Shown here in pieces: positions 1 to 9,640 of a DNA stretch of 64,000 nt. Position 1 is the stretch's first letter. Every line of letters starts with the position of its first letter. The notes beneath the pieces are model-generated. The model saw nothing but the letters and a program-made list of their open reading frames with translations, had not been told where the DNA came from and ran no database searches. This DNA is from Burkholderiaceae bacterium (GTDB taxonomy: Bacteria > Pseudomonadota > Gammaproteobacteria > Burkholderiales > Burkholderiaceae_E), in assembly GCA_044355655.1 (NCBI GenBank), contig JBIKXS010000008.1, positions 23,054-87,053 of the forward strand, written 5' to 3'. The translations under genes and the position numbers were made by a program.

Positions 1-211
1 TGCACGCGCCAACGCTTTGTGTGCTTCGAGCATAAGCGTCCGCGGCGTGAACAGCTGCCTGTTCATGGCGAACCAAAATATGCTCGAAGGCTTCTTGTTT
101 GTAAATCTCGTCGTAAATATAGAGAACAGCACCGCCTGGATAGCCAAACAAATGCTTAACACCCTCTTCTGCGAGACAACGGCAGACGATTTCTGCGCCA
201 GTTAGTTCCAT
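1..211 (-). CDS. ilvB: acetolactate synthase (AHAS) large subunit, N-terminal ~70 codons only; the gene runs off the left edge
   Basis: Reverse translation from the ATG at 211-209 gives [62 protein letters not shown], the conserved ThDP-enzyme N-terminus of AHAS large subunits. It is absent from the ORF track because no stop lies in the window. Confidence 0.8.
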   Translation of the reverse strand, partial: MELTGAEIVCRCLAEEGVKHLFGYPGGAVLYIYDEIYKQEAFEHILVRHEQAAVHAADAYARSTQSVGAC

Positions 212-446
212 AACATCAAAATCCTTTCAAAATCCGGCGTCTCCGACCCGTCGGCGCCTGCGCGGGGTAACCGCTCATGACGCAGACCTTAGAGCCAGGC
301 CCGTGAGGTTGATCGGACGCTCTGGAAAAGCGCTTATGGCGCCTCCAGAAGCTGTCGTATTTACGCGCGGAGCTTGTGAGCTACGCCAAAGCCCTCCAGT
401 GTACTGCGGTGCAATAAGCCGAGCAAATGCGCTAGCATCGCGGGCC

Positions 447-1037
447 ATGTCTGACGCTCGCTTGCGTACTCGCCACGAACTCGACGCCTTTCTCGCATCG
501 GTGGAGCGACGCGCCTTTAAAACGGCACTTTACGCCGTGCGCGATGAAGAGCTTGCGCTCGACATCGTGCAAGACAGTATGCTGAAACTTGCCCAACACT
601 ATGCTGACAGTCCTGGCGCGGAGTGGCCCTTAATCTTTCAACGCGTGCTGCAAAACACGATCAGGGATCACTTTCGTCGCAGCCGTGTTAGGAACCTTTG
701 GGTGAGTCTGCTCGGGAATCTGCGCGGTGCGGGCGACCCGGAAGCTGACAGCGAAACCAGTGAAACAGACTTCCTCGACGCTGTGGCTGCAAGTTCAGGC
801 TATGTTGCTGAGAGCGCAGAAAACATTGTTAATCGGCAGCAAAGCCTTGCATTAATGGAGCGAGCCCTTGAAAAGTTGCCTGCACGTCAACGGGAAGCCT
901 TCTTGCTGCGTTATTGGGAAGGTTTAGACGTTCAAGAAACAGCACAGGTCATGGGGTGTTCTGAAGGTAGTGTTAAAACACACTGCTCAAGAGCCGTTCA
1001 AAGCCTATCTGGCATGCTTCAAGCGCTAAAGCCCTAA
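447..1037 (+). CDS. ECF-type RNA polymerase sigma-70 family factor (RpoE-like)
   Basis: ORF 303-1037. Region 2 (ALDIVQDSMLKL...TIRDHFRR) and a region 4 HTH (REAFLLRYWEGLDVQETAQVMGCSEGSVKTHCSRAV) are visible. The ATG at 447 (MSDARLRT...) is preferred over the GTG at 303, because the extra 48 aa match nothing conserved. Confidence 0.85.
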   Translation: MSDARLRTRHELDAFLASVERRAFKTALYAVRDEELALDIVQDSMLKLAQHYADSPGAEWPLIFQRVLQNTIRDHFRRSRVRNLWVSLLGNLRGAGDPEADSETSETDFLDAVAASSGYVAESAENIVNRQQSLALMERALEKLPARQREAFLLRYWEGLDVQETAQVMGCSEGSVKTHCSRAVQSLSGMLQALKP

Positions 1038-1098
1038 TTCATCAAAGCATCTGGTCCATTGCCACAATAATCGACGCAAACTGAGAACATCCTAAAGT

Positions 1099-1190
1099 CC
1101 CGCAGCACGACGAAAACCGCAGCAATACAACGACTAACCAGCAGCAACACAAAGACTAACCCGCAGCAATACAACGACTAACCGCACGAA
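1099..1190. repeat. 22-bp tandem repeat, about 4 units, A+C-rich on the + strand
   Basis: ccgcagcaatacaacgactaac at 1117-1138 and again, identical, at 1161-1182. A variant cagcagcaacacaaagactaac lies at 1139-1160, with degenerate units flanking. Confidence 0.9.
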
Positions 1191-1202
1191 ACCGAATAAG
1201 CA

Positions 1203-1793
1203 ATGACAACCAAGCCCCTCCATGAGGAATTTCGCCGATTGCTCGACGATGGTCTGCAAAGCGATTCCGGCCGTGGGTTGAGTAAGTCAACAAAAGATCG
1301 GCTGTTGTTAGCGCGCCGCAAAGCACTCGATGCGATACCAAGGCAGGAAGCAAGCGAATCTGAGGCACATGCCGACCACGCGATTCATCTTGGTGCAAGT
1401 GGGGCGGCAATTAATTTGGGCTACGGAAGGCACCTAGGCATTTCACAAGCTGATCTGTTTAAGCATCGATGGCAGGCAAGGCTTAGTCAGTGGTTTGGTC
1501 GCTCGAGTTGGGTTGAACGCTTGTTTGTCGCAACGCTCCTCGCATCCATGCTATTTAGCGTACAGTTTGCGCTTGAGGAAGCCGAAGTTCAGGTGTTCAT
1601 GCGGGAAGGCGAAACGGATGCCAAACTGCTCACCAATGAACTGCCCTTGGATGCCTATGCGGACAGGGGTTTTGCGGTTTTTCTCCGTAACCTCAGCGTT
1701 CATGGTTTTGCCAGTGATGTCGATGAGCAGCAAACATCAACCGATGAAACCCCGGCAGACGATGCCGAACCAGAAACTGTCTCTGGATCATGA
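1203..1793 (+). CDS. DUF3619-like single-pass membrane protein, candidate anti-sigma partner of the ECF sigma
   Basis: 196 aa with one hydrophobic helix (WVERLFVATLLASMLFSVQFAL) and an acidic C-terminus. It sits directly downstream of the ECF sigma gene. The family name comes from remembered Burkholderiales synteny and is not verified. Confidence 0.6.
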   Translation: MTTKPLHEEFRRLLDDGLQSDSGRGLSKSTKDRLLLARRKALDAIPRQEASESEAHADHAIHLGASGAAINLGYGRHLGISQADLFKHRWQARLSQWFGRSSWVERLFVATLLASMLFSVQFALEEAEVQVFMREGETDAKLLTNELPLDAYADRGFAVFLRNLSVHGFASDVDEQQTSTDETPADDAEPETVSGS

Positions 1794-2587
1794 AGAAAGG
1801 TAAGGCGCTAGCTGCGTTCGGACTCACGGCAGCTGTGCTGATAACGGGCTTGATCGCACCGGCATATGGACAGCAGTCTACCGACGAAGGCCAGCGTGAA
1901 CTAGCCGGTAACCAAGTCATGCCGAGCCAAGGTATCGCTGTAAACAACTCGGCTCCGGCGGCCTCAAACGGCGTATCACTGCCAGATAGCCATTCGATTC
2001 CAGATCCCGCAAGCGCATCCACGGTTGATGCAGACGGTGCAGCACTTCAGGCTGCCATCAGTCAGGCGATCCAGGATTTACAAGCGCGCCGCAAAGCGCA
2101 ACAACAGGCGCGAGCGACCAAGGCAAACCCCTCAGTCAGCCGGCAGGCCCCTAACTGGGAAGGCCTCAGCGCCCAGGAGCGCGCCCGCTTGCAACCCTTA
2201 TCGGCAGTCTGGCATGAGCTTCCCTCGGCAGATCGCTACGCCTGGCAACAGCTTGCTCGACAGTTCCCGATGTTGCCGCAGACGGCTCAAGATCAGGCGC
2301 AAGAGCGGATGAAGCAATGGTCCACCTTCACACCCCAGCAGCGTCAGGCAGCGAGGGAGAATTTCCGACTCGCGCAGAAACTTAATGATTCAAAACTCAG
2401 CGAAGGTCAACTTCAAGCGCTTTGGGAACGGTATCGCGAACTAACACCCGAACAGCGGGCGGTTCTTCGAGCGGCAGGGCAAACCGCCACCACAGCAGCA
2501 CGACACGCTGGAGCCGCTACACCGCTTGCCAAGGAAGCGGCACGTCCACTACCTGCACTGGATCGTCACGGCAAACCAACACCATGA
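1790..2587 (+). CDS. secreted DUF3106-like protein
   Basis: Signal peptide MKKGKALAAFGLTAAVLITGLIAPAYG. Reiterated helical W/R motifs are present (ERARLQPLSAVWHELP, RYAWQQLARQFPMLP, MKQWSTFTPQQRQAAR, LWERYRELTPEQR). The start overlaps the previous stop (ATGA). Confidence 0.6.
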   Translation: MKKGKALAAFGLTAAVLITGLIAPAYGQQSTDEGQRELAGNQVMPSQGIAVNNSAPAASNGVSLPDSHSIPDPASASTVDADGAALQAAISQAIQDLQARRKAQQQARATKANPSVSRQAPNWEGLSAQERARLQPLSAVWHELPSADRYAWQQLARQFPMLPQTAQDQAQERMKQWSTFTPQQRQAARENFRLAQKLNDSKLSEGQLQALWERYRELTPEQRAVLRAAGQTATTAARHAGAATPLAKEAARPLPALDRHGKPTP

Positions 2588-3123
2588 TTTCAGACGCCGT
2601 CGATCCCCCCGAGCTGCAGTCTGCCGGGATTTGGCGACGCTTCATGAGCATGGTTTACGAAGGCATCATGCTCTTTGGCGTACTCTTTTTCTTTGGATAC
2701 GCCTTCTCAGCACTATTGCGTTTTCAAGGTCACCCAGGTTTGTTGCGCGACCTGTTCCAATGGTTTTTGATGGTCTTACTTGGAGTCTACTTCACCTGGT
2801 TTTGGAGTCTGGGACGACGAAGCCTGCCGATGAAAACAGTCGCGCTGTTAATCGTCGACAAGCAAAATAAACCGATCACTTCGCTGAGGGCAATGGCCAG
2901 ATTCATCATTGCAGGCATCTTGGGGCTCTTGCCACTGGCGCTCGCTGCAAAAGTTCACCCAGCTTTTTTCTTGCTCGCACTGCTTCCGCTTGCCTGGTGT
3001 TTTGTCGATGCCGACAGGCAGTCACTCTACGACCGCCTAAGTGGTACCCGTCTCGTGGTGAGCGACCCAAAGGCCGCCCAAAACCCTGCCAATAACCCAC
3101 AGATCGACGCAAAAGCCAGCTAA
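2584..3123 (+). CDS. RDD family membrane protein
   Basis: The ATG at 2584 overlaps the upstream stop (ATGA). The product has WRRFMSMVYEGIMLFGVLFFFGY plus two further hydrophobic segments and a ...VDADRQSLYDRLSGTRLV end typical of RDD proteins. The 2422 start in the ORF track is rejected as an out-of-context extension. Confidence 0.65.
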   Translation: MISDAVDPPELQSAGIWRRFMSMVYEGIMLFGVLFFFGYAFSALLRFQGHPGLLRDLFQWFLMVLLGVYFTWFWSLGRRSLPMKTVALLIVDKQNKPITSLRAMARFIIAGILGLLPLALAAKVHPAFFLLALLPLAWCFVDADRQSLYDRLSGTRLVVSDPKAAQNPANNPQIDAKAS

Positions 3124-3181
3124 AAAAGCACTAAATTTGAGTTATCGATCCAAATCGTGCTTAAAACTTCAACGGTTCCGC

Positions 3182-5413
3182 TTAACGCTTGACACAGTCG
3201 ACAAAATAATCGTTGCCCTGCCTTACCAGTCCGTGTACATCGGTATCGAAGCCAGGCAGCTTTTCATTGAATGCGCGGGCAAACTGCAAGAACCGAACAA
3301 TCGTGCGATTGAATCGCTCACCGGGAATCAACAAGGGAATACCCGGTGGATATGGCGTGAGCAACATGGTCGTCACTCGACCTTCGAGTTCATCGATGGG
3401 TACTCGATCCACTTTGCGGTGCGCCAAATGCTCGAAGGCAACCGATGGTTTCATCACCGGTTCCATGTCCGACAAATACATTTCGGTTGTCACACGCGCT
3501 ACATCGTGGCTTCGGTAGGCCTCATGGATTTGGGCTGCCAAGTCACGCAAACCCACCCGCTCGTAACGCGGATACTTCGCGACAAACTCCGGCATCACGC
3601 GCCATAAGGGCTGATTCTGGTCGTAATCAGCCTTAAATTGTTGCAACTCGGTGACAAGACTATTCCAGCGCCCTTTAGTAATACCAATGGTGAACATCAC
3701 GAAAAAGGAATAAAGACCAGTTTTTTCAACCACTACACCGTGTTCGGCCAAGTACTTGGTGACGAGCGCAGCGGGAATACCCCATTGCCCGAAGCGGCCG
3801 GTGATATCAAGACCAGGTGTGACGATTGTTGCCTTGATGGGATCGAGCATGTTGAAGCCACTCGATAAGCTCCCAAAACCATGCCAAGACTCTTCCGAGT
3901 GCAAAACCCACTGGTCACGACTACCCACGCCATTGTCTGCCAGTACATCAGGCCCCCAGACTTTGAACCACCAGGAATCGCCAAACTCGTCGTCGACTTT
4001 GCGCATGGCGCGCCGAAACTCGAGCGACTCAAAAATCGACTCTTCCACCAACGCCGTTCCCCCGGGTGGTTCCATCATCGCAGAGGCCACATCACAAGAG
4101 GCAATAATGGCGTACTGGGGCGAAGTCGACGTGTGCATCAAGAACGCTTCGTTAAAGCGAAACTCGTCGAGTTTTCGCTGTTCTGAATCCTGCACAAGGA
4201 TTTGCGAGGCCTGTGACAAGCCCGCAAGCAACTTATGGGTTGACTGGGTCGCGTACACCATGGCTTGTTGTGAACGCGGTCTGTTCGGCCCGATGGCGTG
4301 GAACTCATGGTAGAACGAATGGAAGACCGCGTGGGGTAACCAGGCCTCATCAAAATGAAGGTTATCGATGTATTCACCGAGGGTATTCTTAATGGTCTCA
4401 ACGTTATAAATGATGCCATCGTAGGTTGATTGCGTAATCGTGAGGATTCTGGGTTTCGCTTCCTTATCTTTCACGAGCGGATTGTTTTTGATTTTTTGTG
4501 CGATTCGCTCTGGCGAGAACTCTTCAAGCGGGATCGGTCCAATAATGCCCAGATGATTACGCGTCGGTTGCATGAAAATCGGTATCGTTCCTGTCATCAT
4601 CAACGCGTGCAGCACCGACTTATGGCAATTCCGATCGACAACGACCACATCATCACTGCCAACGTTGGCATGCCAGACAATTTTGTTGGATGTTGACGTA
4701 CCGTTTGTTACAAAAAACAAGTGATCCGTATTAAAAATACGGGCTGCATTCGCCTCAGCAGCTGCCACGGGACCCGTATGGTCAAGTAACTGACCAAGTT
4801 CATCGACTGCATTACATACATCAGCCCGCAACATATTCTCACCAAAAAACTGGTGAAACATTTGACCAACCGGACTCTTTAGAAATGCTACGCCACCCGA
4901 GTGACCGGGGCAGTGCCATGAATAGGATCCGTCGTTGGCGTAGTTGACCAGTGCCTTAAAAAAGGGAGGCGCAAGTGAGTTTAAATAATTATTACATTCC
5001 CGAATAATATAACGTGCAACAAACTCGGGCGTATCCTCAAACATGTGAATAAAACCATGCAACTCTTTCAAGATGTCATTCGGGATATGCCTCGACGTAC
5101 GCGTTTCGCCAAAAAGAAAAATCGGGATATCAGCATTTCGGCGCCTCGTTTCAGCGATAAACTTTCGCAAATCAATGATCGCTTTGCTTTCATTGCCGTC
5201 TTCATTGATTTCCTCATCGTCAATTGACACGATGAAAGCAGAGGCGCGTGCCGCCTGGTTAGCCACCATCCCCACGTCGACGTAAGTAAAGCCCCCAACC
5301 ACTTCCATGTGCTGATCTTCAAGCGCCTTTGCAAGCGCTCGAATCCCAAGACCGCTGGCCGAATCGGAACGCCAGTCTTCATCAATGATCACCACTGGAA
5401 AGCGAAACTTCAT
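3182..5413 (-). CDS. Orn/Lys/Arg decarboxylase, large (about 740 aa) wing-domain type, PLP-dependent
   Basis: 743 aa. The N-terminal response-regulator-like wing is visible (MKFRFPVVIIDEDW...), along with the PLP region ...TQSTHKLLAGLSQAS... and the conserved C-terminal domain. Confidence 0.85.
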   Translation of the reverse strand: MKFRFPVVIIDEDWRSDSASGLGIRALAKALEDQHMEVVGGFTYVDVGMVANQAARASAFIVSIDDEEINEDGNESKAIIDLRKFIAETRRRNADIPIFLFGETRTSRHIPNDILKELHGFIHMFEDTPEFVARYIIRECNNYLNSLAPPFFKALVNYANDGSYSWHCPGHSGGVAFLKSPVGQMFHQFFGENMLRADVCNAVDELGQLLDHTGPVAAAEANAARIFNTDHLFFVTNGTSTSNKIVWHANVGSDDVVVVDRNCHKSVLHALMMTGTIPIFMQPTRNHLGIIGPIPLEEFSPERIAQKIKNNPLVKDKEAKPRILTITQSTYDGIIYNVETIKNTLGEYIDNLHFDEAWLPHAVFHSFYHEFHAIGPNRPRSQQAMVYATQSTHKLLAGLSQASQILVQDSEQRKLDEFRFNEAFLMHTSTSPQYAIIASCDVASAMMEPPGGTALVEESIFESLEFRRAMRKVDDEFGDSWWFKVWGPDVLADNGVGSRDQWVLHSEESWHGFGSLSSGFNMLDPIKATIVTPGLDITGRFGQWGIPAALVTKYLAEHGVVVEKTGLYSFFVMFTIGITKGRWNSLVTELQQFKADYDQNQPLWRVMPEFVAKYPRYERVGLRDLAAQIHEAYRSHDVARVTTEMYLSDMEPVMKPSVAFEHLAHRKVDRVPIDELEGRVTTMLLTPYPPGIPLLIPGERFNRTIVRFLQFARAFNEKLPGFDTDVHGLVRQGNDYFVDCVKR

Positions 5414-5672
5414 GGGCTAGCCCCTTCTAAGAGAGATGCCACGCTTGGCATCAAATGCGTACCTGGATGATGGATCCACCCAGGTATGTTTAGCGAGCCC
5501 GAAGTCTAGAACACTTCAGTGAATCTTATTGTGACTTTTGAGTGTTCGAGCAGGAACTTTTTCGTGGCAACCCATGAACCTTTGCTAACCATTGACACGG
5601 CCGTGAAACATTCACATCAAACTATGACCAAACGCACATCGACGAAGGCGCTTTTGCCCTGCGACACAACGC

Positions 5673-8285
5673 TCAGTGAACAACGCGTTCAAAAACAAAC
5701 TGACCGTTTCGAAAATCAATCGGAATGACGTCTTTGGGTCCGTAACGCCCCTCAAGCACCAGACGCGCAACTGGATTCTCAATATGTTGCTGAATCGCCC
5801 GTTTGAGGGGCCTTGCACCGTAGAGCGGATCAAATCCGACTTTGGCAATTTCACGCAAGGCCTCGTCGCTCACCGTCATTGCCATGTCTCGCGCGGCCAA
5901 GCGTTGCTCGAGTAAGGCGAGTTGAACCGCAGCGATCGACTCGATATGCCTTTCGCCTAAAGGATGAAAGACCACCATCTCATCGATACGATTGATAAAT
6001 TCAGGCCTGAACTGACGGCGCACTTCATTGAGCACAGCATCGCGGATATCGTCTTGATCCCTGCCCTCGGCCGATAGCCGCTGTAGATCATACGCACCGA
6101 GATTCGATGTCATCACTATCACAGTATTGCGAAAATCCACGGTACGCCCCTGACCATCGGTTAATCGACCGTCGTCAAGCACTTGCAATAAGATATTGAA
6201 CACATCGGGGTGAGCTTTTTCCATCTCATCGAAAAGGATGACGGCATAGGGCTTTCGGCGGACTGCTTCGGTGAGATAGCCACCTTCATCGTAGCCCACG
6301 TAGCCTGGAGGCGCTCCAATGAGCCGGGCCACAGCGTGCTTCTCCATGAACTCACTCATGTCGAGGCGAATCAGATGATCATCGCTATCAAACAAAAAGC
6401 CAGCCAATGCCTTGGTAAGTTCGGTCTTTCCTACACCTGTCGGCCCGAGGAACAAAAAGGAACCATAGGGTTTTCGTGGATCGGAGAGTCCAGCGCGCGA
6501 GCGACGAATGGCATCAGAAACCAAGCGCACAGCCTCATCCTGGCCAACAACTCGCCGATGCAACACCGACTCCATTTGCAGCAACTTCTCACGCTCGCCC
6601 TGCATCATCTTGGCAACAGGAATGCCGGTGGCACGTGACACCACTTCTGCAATTTCTTCAGCGCCGACTGCGGTTCGCAAAAGTCGTGGGCGGCCTTCCC
6701 CTTCGCGAGCCGCATCCTTCTCGGCATCTGCGGCGGCTTTGAGCCTTCCTTCGAGCTCGGGTAACCTACCGTATTGAATCTCAGCAAGCTTATCGAATTG
6801 ACCCCGCCTTTGCAGCTCGGCCATTTCGAGGCGCAACTTGTCGATCTCAGCCTTAATTTGCGCCGAACCCTGCACAGCGGCTTTCTCGGCCTTGAGAACC
6901 TCTTCCAAATCAGCGTATTCGCGCTCAAGCTTGATAATTTCGCCTTCGATCAAGTCAAGACGCTTGCGGGATGAGTCATCGCTTTCCTTTCTCACCGCTT
7001 CTCGCTCGATTTTGAGTTGAATAATTCGACGATCAAGTTTATCCATCGATTCAGGTTTTGAATCAATCTCAATCTTTATACGAGCTGCGGCCTCATCGAT
7101 TAAATCAATCGCCTTATCGGGTAGGAATCGATCGGTGATGTAGCGGTTAGAAAGCTCTGCCGCAGCAACAATCGCAGGATCGGTAATTTCCACACCATGA
7201 TGTACTTCATAGCGCTCCTGCAAGCCACGAAGAATGGCAATTGTCGCTTCTACCGATGGTTCACCGATGAGCACTTTTTGGAAGCGTCGCTCAAGGGCTG
7301 CGTCTTTCTCAATGTACTTTCGGTATTCATCGAGCGTTGTGGCACCAATACAATGAAGCTCGCCGCGAGCCAGTGCAGGCTTAAGCATATTGCCCGCATC
7401 CATTGCACCTTCTGCTTTACCAGCGCCGACCATGGTATGTATCTCATCAATAAACATAATGGTGCGGCCTGCATCGGCTGCGACATCTTTAAGAACCGCC
7501 TTCAAACGTTCCTCAAATTCACCACGATACTTTGCCCCGGCAAGCAAAGCAGCCAGATCCAACACAAGCACCCGCTTGTCTTTCAAGGATTCGGGGACTT
7601 CGCCCGAGTGAATTCGTTGGGCCAAACCTTCAACGATCGCTGTCTTACCAACGCCTGGTTCACCGATCAGCACTGGATTATTTTTTGTCCGACGTTGCAA
7701 AATTTGTATCGCACGACGTATTTCGTCGTCTCTGCCAATCACCGGATCGAGTTTGCCCTGCCTTGCACGCTCCGTAAGATCGACGCTGTATTTCTTTAGT
7801 GCCTCGCGTTGACCCTCTGCATCGGGTGAGTGCACCGTTTGCCCGCCCCGTAAAGCTTGTATGGCAGCTTCAAGCGATGCACGACTAAGGCCCGATTCGC
7901 GCAGTGCCTTGCCGCACTCACCAAGCCCTTCTTTTTCCATCAAGGCGAGCAAAAGCATTTCCGAGGCAATATAGTGATCACCGCGCTTGCTGGCCTCTTT
8001 TTCGGCGAGATTCAAAACCTGTGTCAGCTCTCTACTCACCTGAACCTGCCCATCACTGCCCTGTACCTTCGCAATGCGCGACAAGACGCCCTCAAGACCT
8101 GTCTTTAGCACGGGAATACGCGCCCCTGCTCGCTCAAGCAAGGCCTTTCCCGAACCCTCTGGCTGCTGAAGCAGTGCGAGTACCACGTGAGCGGGTTCGA
8201 TGTAGGGATGGTCCTGGGCAATACAAAGACTTTGTGCCTCTGCCAGGGCATGTTGTAGCTGTGTCGTTAACTTATCAATTCGCAT
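5673..8285 (-). CDS. clpB: ATP-dependent chaperone ClpB
   Basis: 870 aa. It has a Clp N domain, two Walker A sites ([16 protein letters not shown]), a long coiled-coil middle domain and the C-terminal D2-small domain. Confidence 0.97.
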   Translation of the reverse strand: MRIDKLTTQLQHALAEAQSLCIAQDHPYIEPAHVVLALLQQPEGSGKALLERAGARIPVLKTGLEGVLSRIAKVQGSDGQVQVSRELTQVLNLAEKEASKRGDHYIASEMLLLALMEKEGLGECGKALRESGLSRASLEAAIQALRGGQTVHSPDAEGQREALKKYSVDLTERARQGKLDPVIGRDDEIRRAIQILQRRTKNNPVLIGEPGVGKTAIVEGLAQRIHSGEVPESLKDKRVLVLDLAALLAGAKYRGEFEERLKAVLKDVAADAGRTIMFIDEIHTMVGAGKAEGAMDAGNMLKPALARGELHCIGATTLDEYRKYIEKDAALERRFQKVLIGEPSVEATIAILRGLQERYEVHHGVEITDPAIVAAAELSNRYITDRFLPDKAIDLIDEAAARIKIEIDSKPESMDKLDRRIIQLKIEREAVRKESDDSSRKRLDLIEGEIIKLEREYADLEEVLKAEKAAVQGSAQIKAEIDKLRLEMAELQRRGQFDKLAEIQYGRLPELEGRLKAAADAEKDAAREGEGRPRLLRTAVGAEEIAEVVSRATGIPVAKMMQGEREKLLQMESVLHRRVVGQDEAVRLVSDAIRRSRAGLSDPRKPYGSFLFLGPTGVGKTELTKALAGFLFDSDDHLIRLDMSEFMEKHAVARLIGAPPGYVGYDEGGYLTEAVRRKPYAVILFDEMEKAHPDVFNILLQVLDDGRLTDGQGRTVDFRNTVIVMTSNLGAYDLQRLSAEGRDQDDIRDAVLNEVRRQFRPEFINRIDEMVVFHPLGERHIESIAAVQLALLEQRLAARDMAMTVSDEALREIAKVGFDPLYGARPLKRAIQQHIENPVARLVLEGRYGPKDVIPIDFRNGQFVFERVVH

Positions 8286-8320
8286 GGCCAGTTTCCCCGA
8301 ATCAGTATCATTAGGCTTTG

Positions 8321-8348
8321 ATATGGGGCTGCATGACTACACTTCAAG
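8321..8348 (-). promoter_or_regulatory. sigma32 (RpoH) heat-shock promoter of clpB
   Basis: The minus strand reads CTTGAA (8348-8343), then 14 nt, then CCCCATAT (8328-8321). This matches the CTTGAA-N13-17-CCCCATNT consensus and lies about 35 nt upstream of the clpB ATG at 8285. Confidence 0.7.
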
Positions 8349-8390
8349 CCACCGCCCCTCCAAGCCTCCATGATTTGTCAGCCAACTAAG

Positions 8391-8463
8391 ATCATCAAAC
8401 CGTTAACCCCAATCTCAAGTCATTAAACCGTTAACCCTAATCTCAAATCATCAACCCACTTAA
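8391..8463. repeat. imperfect tandem repeat of 25-31 bp, about 2.5 units
   Basis: atcatcaaaccgttaaccccaatctcaagtc / attaaaccgttaaccctaatctcaa / atcatcaacccacttaa. Confidence 0.8.
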
Positions 8464-8511
8464 CTCAAACTCAAACTCAAACTCAAACTCAACCTCAACC
8501 TCAACCTCAAT
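8464..8511. repeat. hexanucleotide microsatellite (CTCAAA)4(CTCAAC)3 CTCAAT
   Basis: Read directly from the sequence. It ends 13 nt before the ATG at 8525. Confidence 0.95.
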
Positions 8512-8524
8512 CAACAAAGATCCC

Positions 8525-9640
8525 ATGAGCAAACTTTTCTCCCCGATCCAGTTACGTGAACTTAGTTTGACTAATCGAGTCATGGTGTCGCCGATGTGCC
8601 AATACTCGGCGCTCGAAGGTGCCATGCAGGAGTGGCATCGTATTCACCTTGGACAAATGGCGCAAAGCGGTGCCGGGCTGGTCATGGTTGAAGCGACCTC
8701 CCCCACGCCAGAAGGTCGAATCACCCACGGTTGTGTTGGGCTGTGGGATGACCGCACCGAGGCAGCAATGGCCTCGGTATTACATAGTATCCGCGCAACC
8801 TCACCAGCGAAGATGGCGATTCAAATCGGTCATGCCGGCAGAAAAGCCTCTAGCGCAAGACCCTGGGAGGGCGGGCAAATTGTTGGCCTTGATCAGGGGG
8901 GCTGGCAAACCCTCGGGCCTTCGGCAATTGCACACATGGAAGGTGAGACGGTTCCCCACGAGCTATCGTTGGCTGAACTCAGAAGCATGACTGAGGCCTT
9001 TTTATCAACCGTTGCAAGAGCCGACCGCCTGGGTTTTGATGCGATTGAGCTTCATGCCGCGCATGGTTATCTGCTTCACGAGTTTTTGTCCCCAATCGCC
9101 AATCAACGACAGGATGCCTATGGCGGATCGCTCGAAAACAGAATGCGCTTCCCGCTTCAACTCTTTACTGCGATGCGAGCGGCCTGGCCTGCGCACAAAC
9201 CGATGGGGCTGCGCTTATCGGCTACTGATTGGGTTGAGGGTTCGGGCTGGGATATTGCCGATGCCTGCGAATTTGCCAAGCGCCTGGCCTACCTCGGTGC
9301 TGACTGGATCGATGTGTCCTCGGGCGGTGTTTCCAGGGCTCAGCAAATCAAGCTAGGTCCTGGTTATCAAGTAGCCTTTGCTGAAGCGATTAAAGCAGTG
9401 GTTAACATTCCGGTTATTGCAGTTGGCCTGATTACCGAGGCGAAACAAGCCGAAGCAATCATCGAAAATCAGCAAGCCGATATGGTCGCACTTGGTCGCG
9501 GCTTTTTGTGGGATCCACATTGGGCCTGGAAGGCTGCAGCAGAGCTTGGCGCAAGCATTGCCGCCCCGCGCCAGTACTGGCGCTCAAATCCGGCACAATA
9601 CAAAGACGTTTTTGGTAGCGTCAGGTTCGGCGCGCGTTAA
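8525..9640 (+). CDS. NADH:flavin oxidoreductase, Old Yellow Enzyme family
   Basis: 371 aa. LFSPIQLRELSLTNRVMVSPMCQYS, HAGRKAS and ELHAAHGYLLHEFLSP are typical OYE/YqjM-type motifs. Confidence 0.85.
   Translation: MSKLFSPIQLRELSLTNRVMVSPMCQYSALEGAMQEWHRIHLGQMAQSGAGLVMVEATSPTPEGRITHGCVGLWDDRTEAAMASVLHSIRATSPAKMAIQIGHAGRKASSARPWEGGQIVGLDQGGWQTLGPSAIAHMEGETVPHELSLAELRSMTEAFLSTVARADRLGFDAIELHAAHGYLLHEFLSPIANQRQDAYGGSLENRMRFPLQLFTAMRAAWPAHKPMGLRLSATDWVEGSGWDIADACEFAKRLAYLGADWIDVSSGGVSRAQQIKLGPGYQVAFAEAIKAVVNIPVIAVGLITEAKQAEAIIENQQADMVALGRGFLWDPHWAWKAAAELGASIAAPRQYWRSNPAQYKDVFGSVRFGAR

Noticed and set aside
303-446. Longer GTG-initiated N-terminus for the ECF sigma factor
   Set aside because: The extra 48 aa (MRLIGRSGKALMAPPEAVVF...) lie upstream of sigma region 2 and match nothing conserved. 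An ATG at 447 gives a normal-length protein of about 196 aa.
7197-7799. 200-aa + strand ORF inside clpB. Similar long antisense or off-frame ORFs occur at 16623-17123, 29623-30153, 38485-38928, 51265-51957 and 62469-63200.
   Set aside because: All lie fully within confidently identified genes on the other strand or frame. They have low-complexity or Arg/Ser/Pro-rich translations typical of shadow ORFs, and they lack ribosome-binding sites.
8443-8625. 60-aa minus-strand ORF with an EVEVEVEFEFEFEFE run
   Set aside because: It is an artefact of translating the hexanucleotide microsatellite, and it overlaps the oxidoreductase start.
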